64,000 nt of DNA from Chthoniobacterales bacterium (GCA_038207335.1 JBBQZX010000028.1:15149-79148); one strand, 5' to 3'; shown: positions 1 through 8,423, counted from the first letter of the stretch. Notes: generated from the sequence alone by a model not told the origin. Translations and numbers: made by a program.

Positions 1-303
1 CGGAGAGCGCACCAGCGAGCACACGCGCGACGCTGGCATTCCCGACGCAACAGCCAGTTTGGCAAAGCCGAGTGGACGCGGGTAGAGAGCTTGCTGCGCG
101 AAGAGTGGAGTCCTGAGCAAGTCGCCGGCTACCTGCGCCGCCACGGCGAGCTCTCGATCAGCCATGAAACCATCTACCGGCACATCTGGCGGGACCGGAA
201 GCGCGGCGGGAGCCTGCACCTCCACCTGCGCTGCGCGCAAACGAGATGGATGTTGGGTGCCTTTTTCATGCATACGCGTGTCATCCCCGCTCGCCTGCTG
301 TAG
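1..303 (+). mobile_element. IS30-family transposase fragment, truncated before the DDE domain
   Basis: Frame open from base 1: ...LLREEWSPEQVAGYL...ISHETIYRHIWRD...LHLHLR, the IS30 WSPEQ/SHETIY signature. Similarity appears to end near 240 and the frame stops at 303. Confidence 0.85.
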
Positions 304-503
304 AACAGCTTTCATTTTGACTTTCCAACTTGGCCGATCGGCACGCGATGCGGTCGGTTGGTCTCTCCTCAGGCATAAGCGCTGTTACGGTGTCAGTCAT
401 CTTCGTCCAGCGAATCGTCGTCCCCTCGCAGCGAGAACCGCATATACTCCCTCGGGACTTCGACAACCAGAAAACGCGTATCAGGCGAATCCAACTCTAC
501 TGA

Positions 504-1664
504 ATGTCTCCATCATCACGCATCCCACCACTTGCCATCTTGACCCTCGTCGCGATGGCGTTGTTTCCTGCCTGCAATCGGAGCCGGGCTCCCGCTGGTG
601 CCGGAAAGAAGCCCGTGGTTCCCGTCGTGGTCGCCGAAGTAACGCGAAAGGATGTGCCGATCATCGTGCGCGCCATCGGGCGGGTCACCTCCCCGGCCAC
701 CGTGTCCGTGAAGCCGCAGGTCACCGGCACGGTTTCCGAAGTTCATTTCACCGATGGGCAGGCGGTCAAAAAGGGCGACCCGCTGTTCACGATCGACAAG
801 CGTCCTTTCGAGGTCGCCCTGGAGCAGGCCAAAGCCTCTCAGTCGGAGGCGCAGACCAAGGCCGATAATGCCCGCGAGCAGGCCGAGCGTTATTCCACTC
901 TCGGCAAAACGGGGGCGGTTTCCAAGGAGCAGGCCGCGGATTTTAACGTGGCGGCCAGGGCCGCGCTATCTTCGGGACAGGTAGCGGCGGCGGCGGTGAA
1001 GGGCGCAAAACTTCAGCTGGAATACTGCACGATTCGGACGCCCATCGACGGTCGCGCCGGCAAGGCATTGATCACTGCGGGGAATGTCGTCACGGCAAAC
1101 CAGACGGACCTCGTCATCGTCAACCAACTCGCGCCAGTAGAGGTGACTTTCTCAGTTGCCGAACAACAGCTCACGGTGGTCCAGCGCGGGATGACGGCGG
1201 GCAAACCGAAGGTCCGGGCGCGGACCTCCGGGCTCGACCGGCAGACAGCGGAAGGCGAGCTGGTTTTCGTGGATAACAACGTCAAGGCGGCGACGGGCAC
1301 GATCGAACTGAAAGCCGCATTTAAGAATGACCCGCAGGTCTTGTGGCCGGGACAATTCGTGGGCCTGCGGGTGGAAGTCGGCGTCGATCAGAACGCGGTC
1401 GTCGCGCCGGCGGCGGCGGTGCAGGACGGGCAGGACGGGGCATTCGTGTTCATCATCAAGGCCGACAGGACTGCGGAACTGCGGAAGGTGGTCGTGGATC
1501 GAACAGCCAGCGACGAGTCGGTGATCCGCAGCGGCCTGGAGGGCGGCGAGCAGATCGTGATCGACGGCCAGAGCCGCCTGACCATCGGAAGCCCGGTCGA
1601 GATCGTGCCTCAAAAAGTTGCGCCCGTTGCCGCACCCGCCACCCCTGCCCCGCGCCAGCCATGA
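504..1664 (+). CDS. RND efflux periplasmic adaptor (MdtA-like membrane fusion protein)
   Basis: Lipoprotein-like signal (LFPAC); V+PQV+G, VKKGD+LF+ID, IRTPIDGR and LWPGQF motifs; ATGA overlap with the next gene. Confidence 0.93.
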   Translation: MSPSSRIPPLAILTLVAMALFPACNRSRAPAGAGKKPVVPVVVAEVTRKDVPIIVRAIGRVTSPATVSVKPQVTGTVSEVHFTDGQAVKKGDPLFTIDKRPFEVALEQAKASQSEAQTKADNAREQAERYSTLGKTGAVSKEQAADFNVAARAALSSGQVAAAAVKGAKLQLEYCTIRTPIDGRAGKALITAGNVVTANQTDLVIVNQLAPVEVTFSVAEQQLTVVQRGMTAGKPKVRARTSGLDRQTAEGELVFVDNNVKAATGTIELKAAFKNDPQVLWPGQFVGLRVEVGVDQNAVVAPAAAVQDGQDGAFVFIIKADRTAELRKVVVDRTASDESVIRSGLEGGEQIVIDGQSRLTIGSPVEIVPQKVAPVAAPATPAPRQP

Positions 1665-4600
1665 GCGTTCCCGAGCTGTGCATCCGTCGGCCGGTAATGA
1701 CCACGCTGATCATGATCGGCATGGTCGCCTTCGGGCTGCTGGCTTACCGGCAGCTCCCCGTCAGCGATTTGCCGACTGTCGATTTCCCGACCATCTCAGT
1801 CACCGCCGCGCTCCCCGGAGCGAGTGCCGAGACGATGGCCTCCTCAGTGGCGACGCCGCTGGAAAAGCAATTTTCCACCATCGCCGGCATCGACTCGATG
1901 GTCTCCAGCAGCGGGGTCGGCAGCACGAGTATCACCATCCAGTTCTCGCTCGCGCGAAACATCGACGATGCCGCGCTCGACGTGCAGACCGCGATCTCGA
2001 GCGCTTCGCGCAGCTTACCTTCCACCATGCCCTCGCCGCCTTCGTTTCGGAAGGTGAACCCCGCCGAGCAGTCGATCCTTCTGCTCGCGCTGACCTCCGA
2101 AACGCTGCCGCTGTCCAAGGTCGATCAATACGCGCAGACGCTGCTCGCGCCGCGCATTTCCACCGTTTCAGGCGTCTCGCAGTTGCAGGTTTTCGGCACG
2201 CAGAAATACGCCGTGCGGGTGCAGCTCGAACCGCTGGCGCTCGCCGCGCGCGGCATCAGCCTCGACGAAATCAGCACCGCGATTCGCAACGCGAACAGCA
2301 ACACCCCCACCGGCGTCCTCGACGGCAAAACCCGCATCTTCACCGTCGAAACCAGCGGCTCGCTCTCCGACGCCGCCGGGTTTCGGGACATCGTCGTGGC
2401 TTATCGCGACGGCGCTCCAGTCCGGCTGGATGACGTGGCGCAGGTCTATGACGCGGTGGAAAATACCCGCATCGCCGGCTGGTATAACGACGCCCGCGGC
2501 ATCGTCCTCGGCATCCAGCGCCAGCCGGGCGCGAACACGGTCAAGGTCGTCGATGAAATCCTCGCACAACTCCCGGACCTGCGCGCGCAGCTCCCCGCGG
2601 GCATTCAGCTCGACGTGCTCCTCGACCGCTCCAAGACCATTCGTGAGTCCGTCCACGACGTGCAGTTCACGCTCGGGCTCAGCGTCGCGCTCGTCGTCCT
2701 GGTGATCTTCGTATTTCTGCGCCGGCTCACCGCGACCGTGATCCCGAGCGTCGCGATTCTCATTTCGATCATCGCCACGTTCGCCGTGATGTATCTCCTC
2801 GGCTTCAGTCTGAACAACCTCTCCCTCATGGCCCTCACGCTCTGTGTCGGCTTCGTCGTCGATGACGCGATCGTGGTGCTGGAGAATATCGTGCGCCACA
2901 TGGAGGAGGGCGCATCGCCGATGGATGCCGCACGTCGCGGATCGACGGAGATCGCCTTCACGGTCGTCTCCATGACCATCTCACTCGCCGCGGTCTTCCT
3001 GCCGGTGCTTTTCATGGGTGGAATTCTGGGACGGTTGTTCAATGAGTTCGCCGTCACCATCGGCGTCGCCATCCTCATCTCGGGCGTGGTCTCCCTCACC
3101 CTCACCCCGATGCTTTGCAGCCGATTCCTGCGCGCCGAGAAAAAGTCCTCCGGCAAACCCGGCCTCCCCGAGCGAGTGATCGCGGGCATGCACACCTTTT
3201 ACGAGCGCACGCTGCGCATCGTCATGCGGCACCAGCCGCTCACTCTGCTCTTCACGCTGGCGACCATCGCCGCCACAGCGTGGGGTTTTATCCAGATCCC
3301 GAAAGCGTTCATCCCGACGGAGGATATCGGCCAGATCTCCATCACCACCGAGGGCGCGCTGGATGCCTCGTTTCAATCCATGGTCGCGCACCAGCGCGCG
3401 GCCGCAAAGATCGTCGGGGCGCATCCGGCCGTCGCGCGATTCTCCTCAAGCGTCGGCGCGGGCGGCCCCAATGCGACCGGCAACACCGGCCGCTTCAACG
3501 TGCAGCTCAAGCCGCGCAACGAGCGCGTGTCCGCACAGCAGGTCGTCACCGATTTGCGCGCGCAGCTCGCCCGCGTCCCCGGTCTGCGCTCGTTCGCGCA
3601 AATGCCGCCGGTCATCCGCATCGGCGGCATGTCGTCGAAGAGCCCGTACCAATTCTCCCTCGCCAGCGTCGATCTACCGGCGCTCTACCAGGCCGCGCCG
3701 CTGGTCGAGGCGAAGATCCGCGCCATCCCGGGCCTCACCGATGTCACCACCGATCTCCTGCTCAACAGCCCGCAAGTCTTCGTCAAAATCGACCGCGACA
3801 AAGCCGGGACACTCGGCATCACCGCCGAGCAGATCGACTCCGCTCTCTACGACGCCTACGGCAGCCGCGAAGTCTCGAATATCTACACCGCCGCCGACGA
3901 GTATTCCGTCATCCTCGAAGTCCGCCCCCTCTTTCAGGAAACCCCCGAGCGCCTCGCCGCGATGTATCTGCGCTCCGCCGCGGGCGACCTCGTCCCGCTC
4001 GATGCCGTCGCCGAAATCAGCAACACCACCGGCCCCCTCACCGTCAATCACCTCGGCCAGCTTCCCGCCGTCACTGTCTCCTTCAACACCCTTCCCGGCG
4101 TCTCACTCGGCGACGCCGTAAACCGCATCAACGCCGCCGTCCAAGGCGTCGTGCCCGCCGGAGTCAGCACCCGTTTTCAGGGCGAAGCTGCCGCCTTCCA
4201 ATCCTCCCTCGGGAATCTCGGCCTCCTCCTGATCATGGCCGTCCTCGTCATCTACCTCGTGCTCGGGATCCTCTACGAGAGCTTCATCCATCCGCTCACC
4301 ATCCTCTCCGGCCTGCCCGCCGCCGGCGTCGGCGCGCTCGTCACGCTCATGCTCTTTCACGAAGACCTCAGCGTGTATGGCTTCGTCGGCATCCTCATGC
4401 TCATCGGCATCGTGAAAAAGAACGCCATCATGATGATCGACTTCGCCCTCGAAGCCGAACGCAACCAAGGCAAGCCGCCCGCCGAATCCATTGTCGAAGC
4501 CTGCCTCGTCCGCTTCCGTCCGATTATGATGACCACCTTCGCCGCCCTCATGGGCGCGCTGCCCATCGCCCTCGGCATCGGAGCCGGCGCCGAGTCGCGC

Positions 4601-4768
4601 CGCCCGCTTGGTCTCGCCGTCGTCGGCGGCCTCATCTTCTCGCAAATCCTCACCCTCTACATCACTCCCGTCGTCTATCTCTACATGGACCGCATCCAGA
4701 CATGGGTCGGTCGCCGCTTCAGCCGTCAGCTAGACCCGACGCCAGCCACGCCCAATCCTGTGGCTTGA
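1661..4768 (+). CDS. RND efflux permease (AcrB/MdtBC-like)
   Basis: ATG 1661 (MSVPELCIRRPV); GFVVDDAIVVLENI, GIVKKNAIMMIDFA and RFRPIMMTT motifs. Confidence 0.95.
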   Translation: MSVPELCIRRPVMTTLIMIGMVAFGLLAYRQLPVSDLPTVDFPTISVTAALPGASAETMASSVATPLEKQFSTIAGIDSMVSSSGVGSTSITIQFSLARNIDDAALDVQTAISSASRSLPSTMPSPPSFRKVNPAEQSILLLALTSETLPLSKVDQYAQTLLAPRISTVSGVSQLQVFGTQKYAVRVQLEPLALAARGISLDEISTAIRNANSNTPTGVLDGKTRIFTVETSGSLSDAAGFRDIVVAYRDGAPVRLDDVAQVYDAVENTRIAGWYNDARGIVLGIQRQPGANTVKVVDEILAQLPDLRAQLPAGIQLDVLLDRSKTIRESVHDVQFTLGLSVALVVLVIFVFLRRLTATVIPSVAILISIIATFAVMYLLGFSLNNLSLMALTLCVGFVVDDAIVVLENIVRHMEEGASPMDAARRGSTEIAFTVVSMTISLAAVFLPVLFMGGILGRLFNEFAVTIGVAILISGVVSLTLTPMLCSRFLRAEKKSSGKPGLPERVIAGMHTFYERTLRIVMRHQPLTLLFTLATIAATAWGFIQIPKAFIPTEDIGQISITTEGALDASFQSMVAHQRAAAKIVGAHPAVARFSSSVGAGGPNATGNTGRFNVQLKPRNERVSAQQVVTDLRAQLARVPGLRSFAQMPPVIRIGGMSSKSPYQFSLASVDLPALYQAAPLVEAKIRAIPGLTDVTTDLLLNSPQVFVKIDRDKAGTLGITAEQIDSALYDAYGSREVSNIYTAADEYSVILEVRPLFQETPERLAAMYLRSAAGDLVPLDAVAEISNTTGPLTVNHLGQLPAVTVSFNTLPGVSLGDAVNRINAAVQGVVPAGVSTRFQGEAAAFQSSLGNLGLLLIMAVLVIYLVLGILYESFIHPLTILSGLPAAGVGALVTLMLFHEDLSVYGFVGILMLIGIVKKNAIMMIDFALEAERNQGKPPAESIVEACLVRFRPIMMTTFAALMGALPIALGIGAGAESRRPLGLAVVGGLIFSQILTLYITPVVYLYMDRIQTWVGRRFSRQLDPTPATPNPVA

Positions 4769-4926
4769 CCAACCCACCCCCTGCAAGCGGCAGCCCCGCG
4801 CAACGCTGAGTCCGGCCCAAACAAAACCGGTATATGAGCCAAGGCACCTGCGTCGCGCTTAGGTGCCACGCGCCAGCCACACCGGTCGGACTTTCGCAAT
4901 GGCGCGTCGCGGGAATTCTCAATCTC

Positions 4927-5096
4927 TAGGGAGCCTCGGATTTAATCGAAAGGATGAGATTTCAACCGCGGATTACGCGGAGTAAGAGGCGAATTTTAAA
5001 TCTAGGGCGAGTCGGAATTCAGAGAAAAATGCAAATCCCTTTCATCCGCGAAATCCGCGGTTAAAAATCGAGAGTGATTAAATCAGCGGTTCCCTA
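4927..5096. mobile_element. MITE-like element, about 170 bp, with terminal inverted repeats and an internal REP-like palindrome
   Basis: Left TAGGGAGCCTCGGATTTAATC (4927-4947) matches the reverse complement of 5076-5096 (TAGGGAACCGCTGATTTAATC) at 18/21. TA at both ends. Inner IR aaccgcggattacgcgga (4964-4981) / tccgcgaaatccgcggtt (5045-5062). No ORF. Confidence 0.7.
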
Positions 5097-5319
5097 TACA
5101 AGAAACAGGCGTCCGTAACGTACGAGAACACCGGATTTCGCTCAGGGAGAGCACTCACCAATTAGAGTCAGTCAAGAACATCTCCCCATTTTCTGACTAA
5201 CAGTTGAAAAATGCCGTCCGAAACGTCCGAGAATTGAGGCTTCGACTATGACTCAGTGAACATGTCCCCATTTGGGGACACCCAAACCTTGTGGCAAGCT
5301 TTCCACCAGCTCCGAGCTT

Positions 5320-5354
5320 AAAAAAGAAGACCCGCATGACACGGACCTTCTTTT
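5320..5354 (-). terminator. Degenerate intrinsic terminator after the pseudogene copy
   Basis: aaaaaagaagacccg...cggaccttctttt, an imperfect stem in the same position as the 6679-6712 terminator. Confidence 0.45.
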
Positions 5355-5356
5355 GC

Positions 5357-5498
5357 TCACCACCTCCGGCGATCAGCCACCATGTTCGCTCTCCAAGTGG
5401 GCACTCTTAGAGCATCCATGACAGCCGATGCTCCCAAGAACTCACGGAGGTCATCCTCCTCTGAATTTTCAAGTCGCCGAGCTTACAATGCTCTCCCG
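5357..5498 (-). pseudogene. 3' remnant of a paralog of the sigma-like gene at 6719-7396
   Basis: Minus strand reads EDDLREFLGASAVMDALRVPTWRANMVADRRRW* versus ADDLREFMRASAVLDALKVPTWRANLVADREKAACKADRRRW*. It has a 27-bp deletion between cgatcagcc repeats and a frameshift near 5460. Confidence 0.85.
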
Positions 5499-5508
5499 TC
5501 TAACGGGG

Positions 5509-6351
5509 TTAGGCGAGCACGATACTGAAGACCCCGGCCACTCTCCGAATGAAGGGTTGCTGCGCCACGGGGCTATTCTGTGCCCACTCCTTGAAATAGA
5601 CATTTAGCGCCTGATCTGCGACCGGGGTTCCGAAATTGCAGTACGTGACGGCCTCCCAACCGGAAGGCTCCGCTTCGAAGAGAGGCAGAAGCTGGGCGGC
5701 AATCTGCAAATTCTTCTCCCGTTGTCCTGCATCGCTGCGCAGCGATGCTTCCTCGCTGGCGAACCATTCTGCGAAAGGTTTTGTCAAAGACTGCCGTGCT
5801 TGTTGAAGCCGGTTTTCCGCATACGTGGTGAGATCCGGAGCGAAACTCCGCCAATTCGGATAGGGAGGCGCTGTCGCCCATTGTCTCCCCATCGCCCGCA
5901 ACGCAAAAAGGGAGGCTGTCTCGCACATCGATTCTTCGAACCAAAGGTTCGCTTTGGGTTCTTTGATCCAGAGCTTCTGCCAATCGTTGCTGTGGCCAGC
6001 CAAGGCGTGACAGAACTCATGAGCGAACTGAAAGGCGAACTGAGCCCAAAACATTCCCGCGACGTTGAGGCCGATGGCGACCCGGCCGTCCGCCCGGTGC
6101 TGGTAGTCCACGATGGGACTACCGTGGGAACGGTAAATGAAGAAACCGGGTTCCTTCCAACGGGTATTGGGGCAATGCTCCCAAAGGGTCGTCGCAGCCG
6201 AAGTCAGCACCGCCCGAATATTGTCCGTCGGCACGTCGTCAAAACCTTCTCCGATCTGGAAGTCGAGATCTCGGCTTTCTCGGGCTCCGATCAAATACGC
6301 AGGCCGCAAAATGACCGTCCCGCAAAGAGCGACAAACAGGCGGCGATTCAT
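5509..6351 (-). CDS. Putative exported zinc metallopeptidase (gluzincin-type)
   Basis: HEFCH (HExxH) followed by WFEESMCE (third-ligand Glu); probable start MNRRLFVAL at 6351 with an RR-containing N-terminus. Confidence 0.7.
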   Translation of the reverse strand: MNRRLFVALCGTVILRPAYLIGARESRDLDFQIGEGFDDVPTDNIRAVLTSAATTLWEHCPNTRWKEPGFFIYRSHGSPIVDYQHRADGRVAIGLNVAGMFWAQFAFQFAHEFCHALAGHSNDWQKLWIKEPKANLWFEESMCETASLFALRAMGRQWATAPPYPNWRSFAPDLTTYAENRLQQARQSLTKPFAEWFASEEASLRSDAGQREKNLQIAAQLLPLFEAEPSGWEAVTYCNFGTPVADQALNVYFKEWAQNSPVAQQPFIRRVAGVFSIVLA

Positions 6352-6678
6352 TCGGAGATTTTTCACCAGGCGGCTCGGCGTACACGAGCAAAAGAAATTG
6401 GGGAGTGCCCTTTTACCAAACCCATCCATAATTGTAACCCGGCGTCCGGCCTGTCCGGAATCATTGAAACTTCAGAAAGAATGATCGGGAAACTCGCCAT
6501 CTCGCAAATCCGGACGGGTCGGACGCCGTATTCCAACTGCTACTAGGAAAAGAGAAAAGCGTCCCGCTCTGTTCTGACCACGACGAAGTTTTCACCTTTT
6601 CCAAGACGAGTTGAATTTACCCGTCCGCCCCGTCCGGGAAATCGTTAATGTCCCCAATTGGGGACGATCCTCACAACT

Positions 6679-6712
6679 AAAAAAAGAGACCAGACGAAGT
6701 CTGATCTCTTTT
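6679..6712 (-). terminator. Intrinsic terminator of the sigma-like gene
   Basis: aaaagagaccagac-gaa-gtctgatctctttt stem-loop with a T7 tract on the minus strand. Confidence 0.75.
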
Positions 6713-6718
6713 CCCTGA

Positions 6719-7396
6719 TCACCACCTCCGGCGATCAGCCTTGCACGCAGCTTTCTCACGATCAGCCACCAGGTTGGCTCGCCAAGTGGGCACTTTTAGA
6801 GCATCCAAGACAGCCGAAGCTCTCATGAACTCACGTAGGTCATCAGCCAGCTTCACCTTCACTTCGCCCAGCGTCAAATAGCTCAACCCACTGCTCCTCG
6901 CTGTCTCGCTCAGGCTCTCACCTTCCAACATCCCGGCCACGATGACGCCATAGCGATAATCGTGTGAGCCGAGGAACGCATCCCAGTCCACATTTCTGCC
7001 ACCTGCTGTCGCTGGATCTTCGTGCTGCACTGCCAGCAAACTCCCGAGGGTGATTGCTTCATCCAACTCTGGGTCGTATCCTACTTCTTCTTCCGTGGAC
7101 ATCAGCGCACTCTTGCTGTCGAGCTGTGTGCCGCAGGCCATCACGTCGGCTCTCGAAGCGCCTGTGTTCCGCCTGCCGCTCTTCAAGTGAAGGATGGTAT
7201 AGCAGGCTATGTTGCCCGGAGTTACCTGCTTGCCTGCTCTCTCGACGTTACTGAGCATCTGCGCGGACATCGCGATGCCGTCCTGCACCAACTCGTCACT
7301 GTCTTCACATCCCAATGTTCTGACGCATCTGTGGATCGCTGAACGGAACCGTGGGGCGATCTCTCCCATGAGCATTTCTCCTGATTCTGGACTCAT
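6719..7396 (-). CDS. Hypothetical protein with sigma70/ECF-like architecture and a C-terminal HTH
   Basis: Strong RBS (AGAAAGGAACC); region-2-like EDSDELVQDG; region-4/HTH-like GMLEGESLSETARSSGLS. Conservative substitutions in the paralog remnant support a real protein. Confidence 0.6.
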   Translation of the reverse strand: MSPESGEMLMGEIAPRFRSAIHRCVRTLGCEDSDELVQDGIAMSAQMLSNVERAGKQVTPGNIACYTILHLKSGRRNTGASRADVMACGTQLDSKSALMSTEEEVGYDPELDEAITLGSLLAVQHEDPATAGGRNVDWDAFLGSHDYRYGVIVAGMLEGESLSETARSSGLSYLTLGEVKVKLADDLREFMRASAVLDALKVPTWRANLVADREKAACKADRRRW

Positions 7397-7539
7397 ACTG
7401 CTTGGTTCCTTTCTGTGGTTGGAAGGTGACCGCGAGGGATGAGCACAAAGCTCCGCCCTACAACGGTCACCAGGTTGTGGTGAACCGCTCTTGAGGCGGT
7501 GGTGAGACTTAGCCGGAAGGGCTAAGGCATCGTCACTGT

Positions 7540-7545
7540 ATTATA
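7540..7545 (-). promoter_or_regulatory. Consensus -10 box upstream of the structured leader of the sigma-like gene
   Basis: Minus strand TGCGG-TATAAT, about 145 bp upstream of the ATG; no clear -35. Confidence 0.45.
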
Positions 7546-7599
7546 CCGCAGAAGGGATATCGATTAGCAGAAGGGTTATAGCCCCAGGACTAATCAATG

Positions 7600-7643
7600 C
7601 CTTAACGACACGCGGAGCCGTTCGCTGCAGCGCATGGTTAGGC
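7600..7643 (-). other. Collapsed (internally deleted) integron attC site
   Basis: Minus: GCCTAAC-catgcgctgcagcgaacggctccgcgtgtc-GTTAAGG. The left arm is nearly identical to the attC at 7956-8070; the right arm is missing. Confidence 0.75.
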
Positions 7644-7668
7644 GATTGGTCATTTTTGGGGAAAGTCC

Positions 7669-7885
7669 TCATGGAACAACATGACTCCTGAACAGACCGA
7701 AATGATTCAAGATAGTTGACTGCACAAGCAGCGCGACGCCCCAGAGGAACGTCATGCAGAATCCATATGCAAGTGCGACAAGAACATGAAGAGCAACGCT
7801 CTCGCTCAAGCGCGATGTGCTTGCGATGATGATAGTGAAGATAAGCCACGCTCCCGCTCCATCGACTGGAATCGCTAAAAACGGA
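7669..7885 (-). pseudogene. 5'-truncated cassette ORF (membrane protein C-terminus)
   Basis: Frame ...AGAWLIFTIIAS...VALHVLVALAYGFCMTFLWGVALLVQSTILNHFGLFRSHVVP* ends just before the attC; an in-frame TGA lies upstream and there is no convincing start. Confidence 0.5.
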
Positions 7886-7955
7886 CCTCAGCCGCACCGG
7901 CAACCGCCACCTCCCCCACGCCCTCTTCATGCCCGCCCTTGTCAATCAAGAGAGT

Positions 7956-8070
7956 ATCTAACGACCTTAAGCTCAGCGACTGCGGAGGGCGGCGCGGCTC
8001 CTGCGCGGCGGGTCTGCGGGGAGCAGGAGTCGTGACGCACGGAGCCGTTCGCTGCAGCGATTGGTTAGGC
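7956..8070 (-). other. Integron attC recombination site (115 bp)
   Basis: Minus: R'' GCCTAAC-caatcgctgcagcgaac...ctcctgc...gcaggag...gtcgctgagcttaaggtc-GTTAGAT R'. RYYYAAC/GTTRRRY cores with an imperfect hairpin, directly after a cassette ORF. Confidence 0.88.
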
Positions 8071-8091
8071 CGTTGGAAACAGATGAAGTCA

Positions 8092-8400
8092 TCACCGAAA
8101 CAAAGAGAATATGACAATAGAAAAGGCTGTGATGTGTAAAAAAAGAGCAGTAGAAGCCACGCGTTTATGTTGCTCACGAGAAAGCAAGCCGATGATCGCT
8201 GCTACAACGCCGGCCAGACACGCGGGGACGAAAAGCGGCACGAGAACCAATCCAGCGCCAAGCGCCTTCTGCTCGCCGGTAATCGGCGGTGAGATGGTTG
8301 TAAATGCGTGCAACCATGCGGCAAGCGCGAGTGAACTCACTACTAAAAATGCCAGCGAAATAAAGCCGGCAATGTTCGGGATTACGGCTATGCGTTTCAT
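8092..8400 (-). CDS. Integron cassette-encoded small membrane protein (about 3 TM helices, 102 aa)
   Basis: ATG at 8400 (MKRIAVIPNIAG), about 25 bp after the GTTAGGC crossover; lower GC than flanks; followed by attC. Confidence 0.75.
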   Translation of the reverse strand: MKRIAVIPNIAGFISLAFLVVSSLALAAWLHAFTTISPPITGEQKALGAGLVLVPLFVPACLAGVVAAIIGLLSREQHKRVASTALFLHITAFSIVIFSLFR

Positions 8401-8423
8401 GCGCAATATATTGGACGGCTGCG

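Noticed and set aside
1343..1660. N-terminal extension of the RND permease ORF
   Set aside because: It overlaps the adaptor gene in another frame; the real start is the ATGA-coupled ATG at 1661.
6650..6665. Chromosomal parS site
   Set aside because: It does not resemble the TGTTTCACGTGAAACA consensus; kept as an unexplained palindrome.
7541..8177. ORFs 7541-7945 and 7875-8177
   Set aside because: They read through attC sites (PNQSLQRT-type peptides), a typical artefact.
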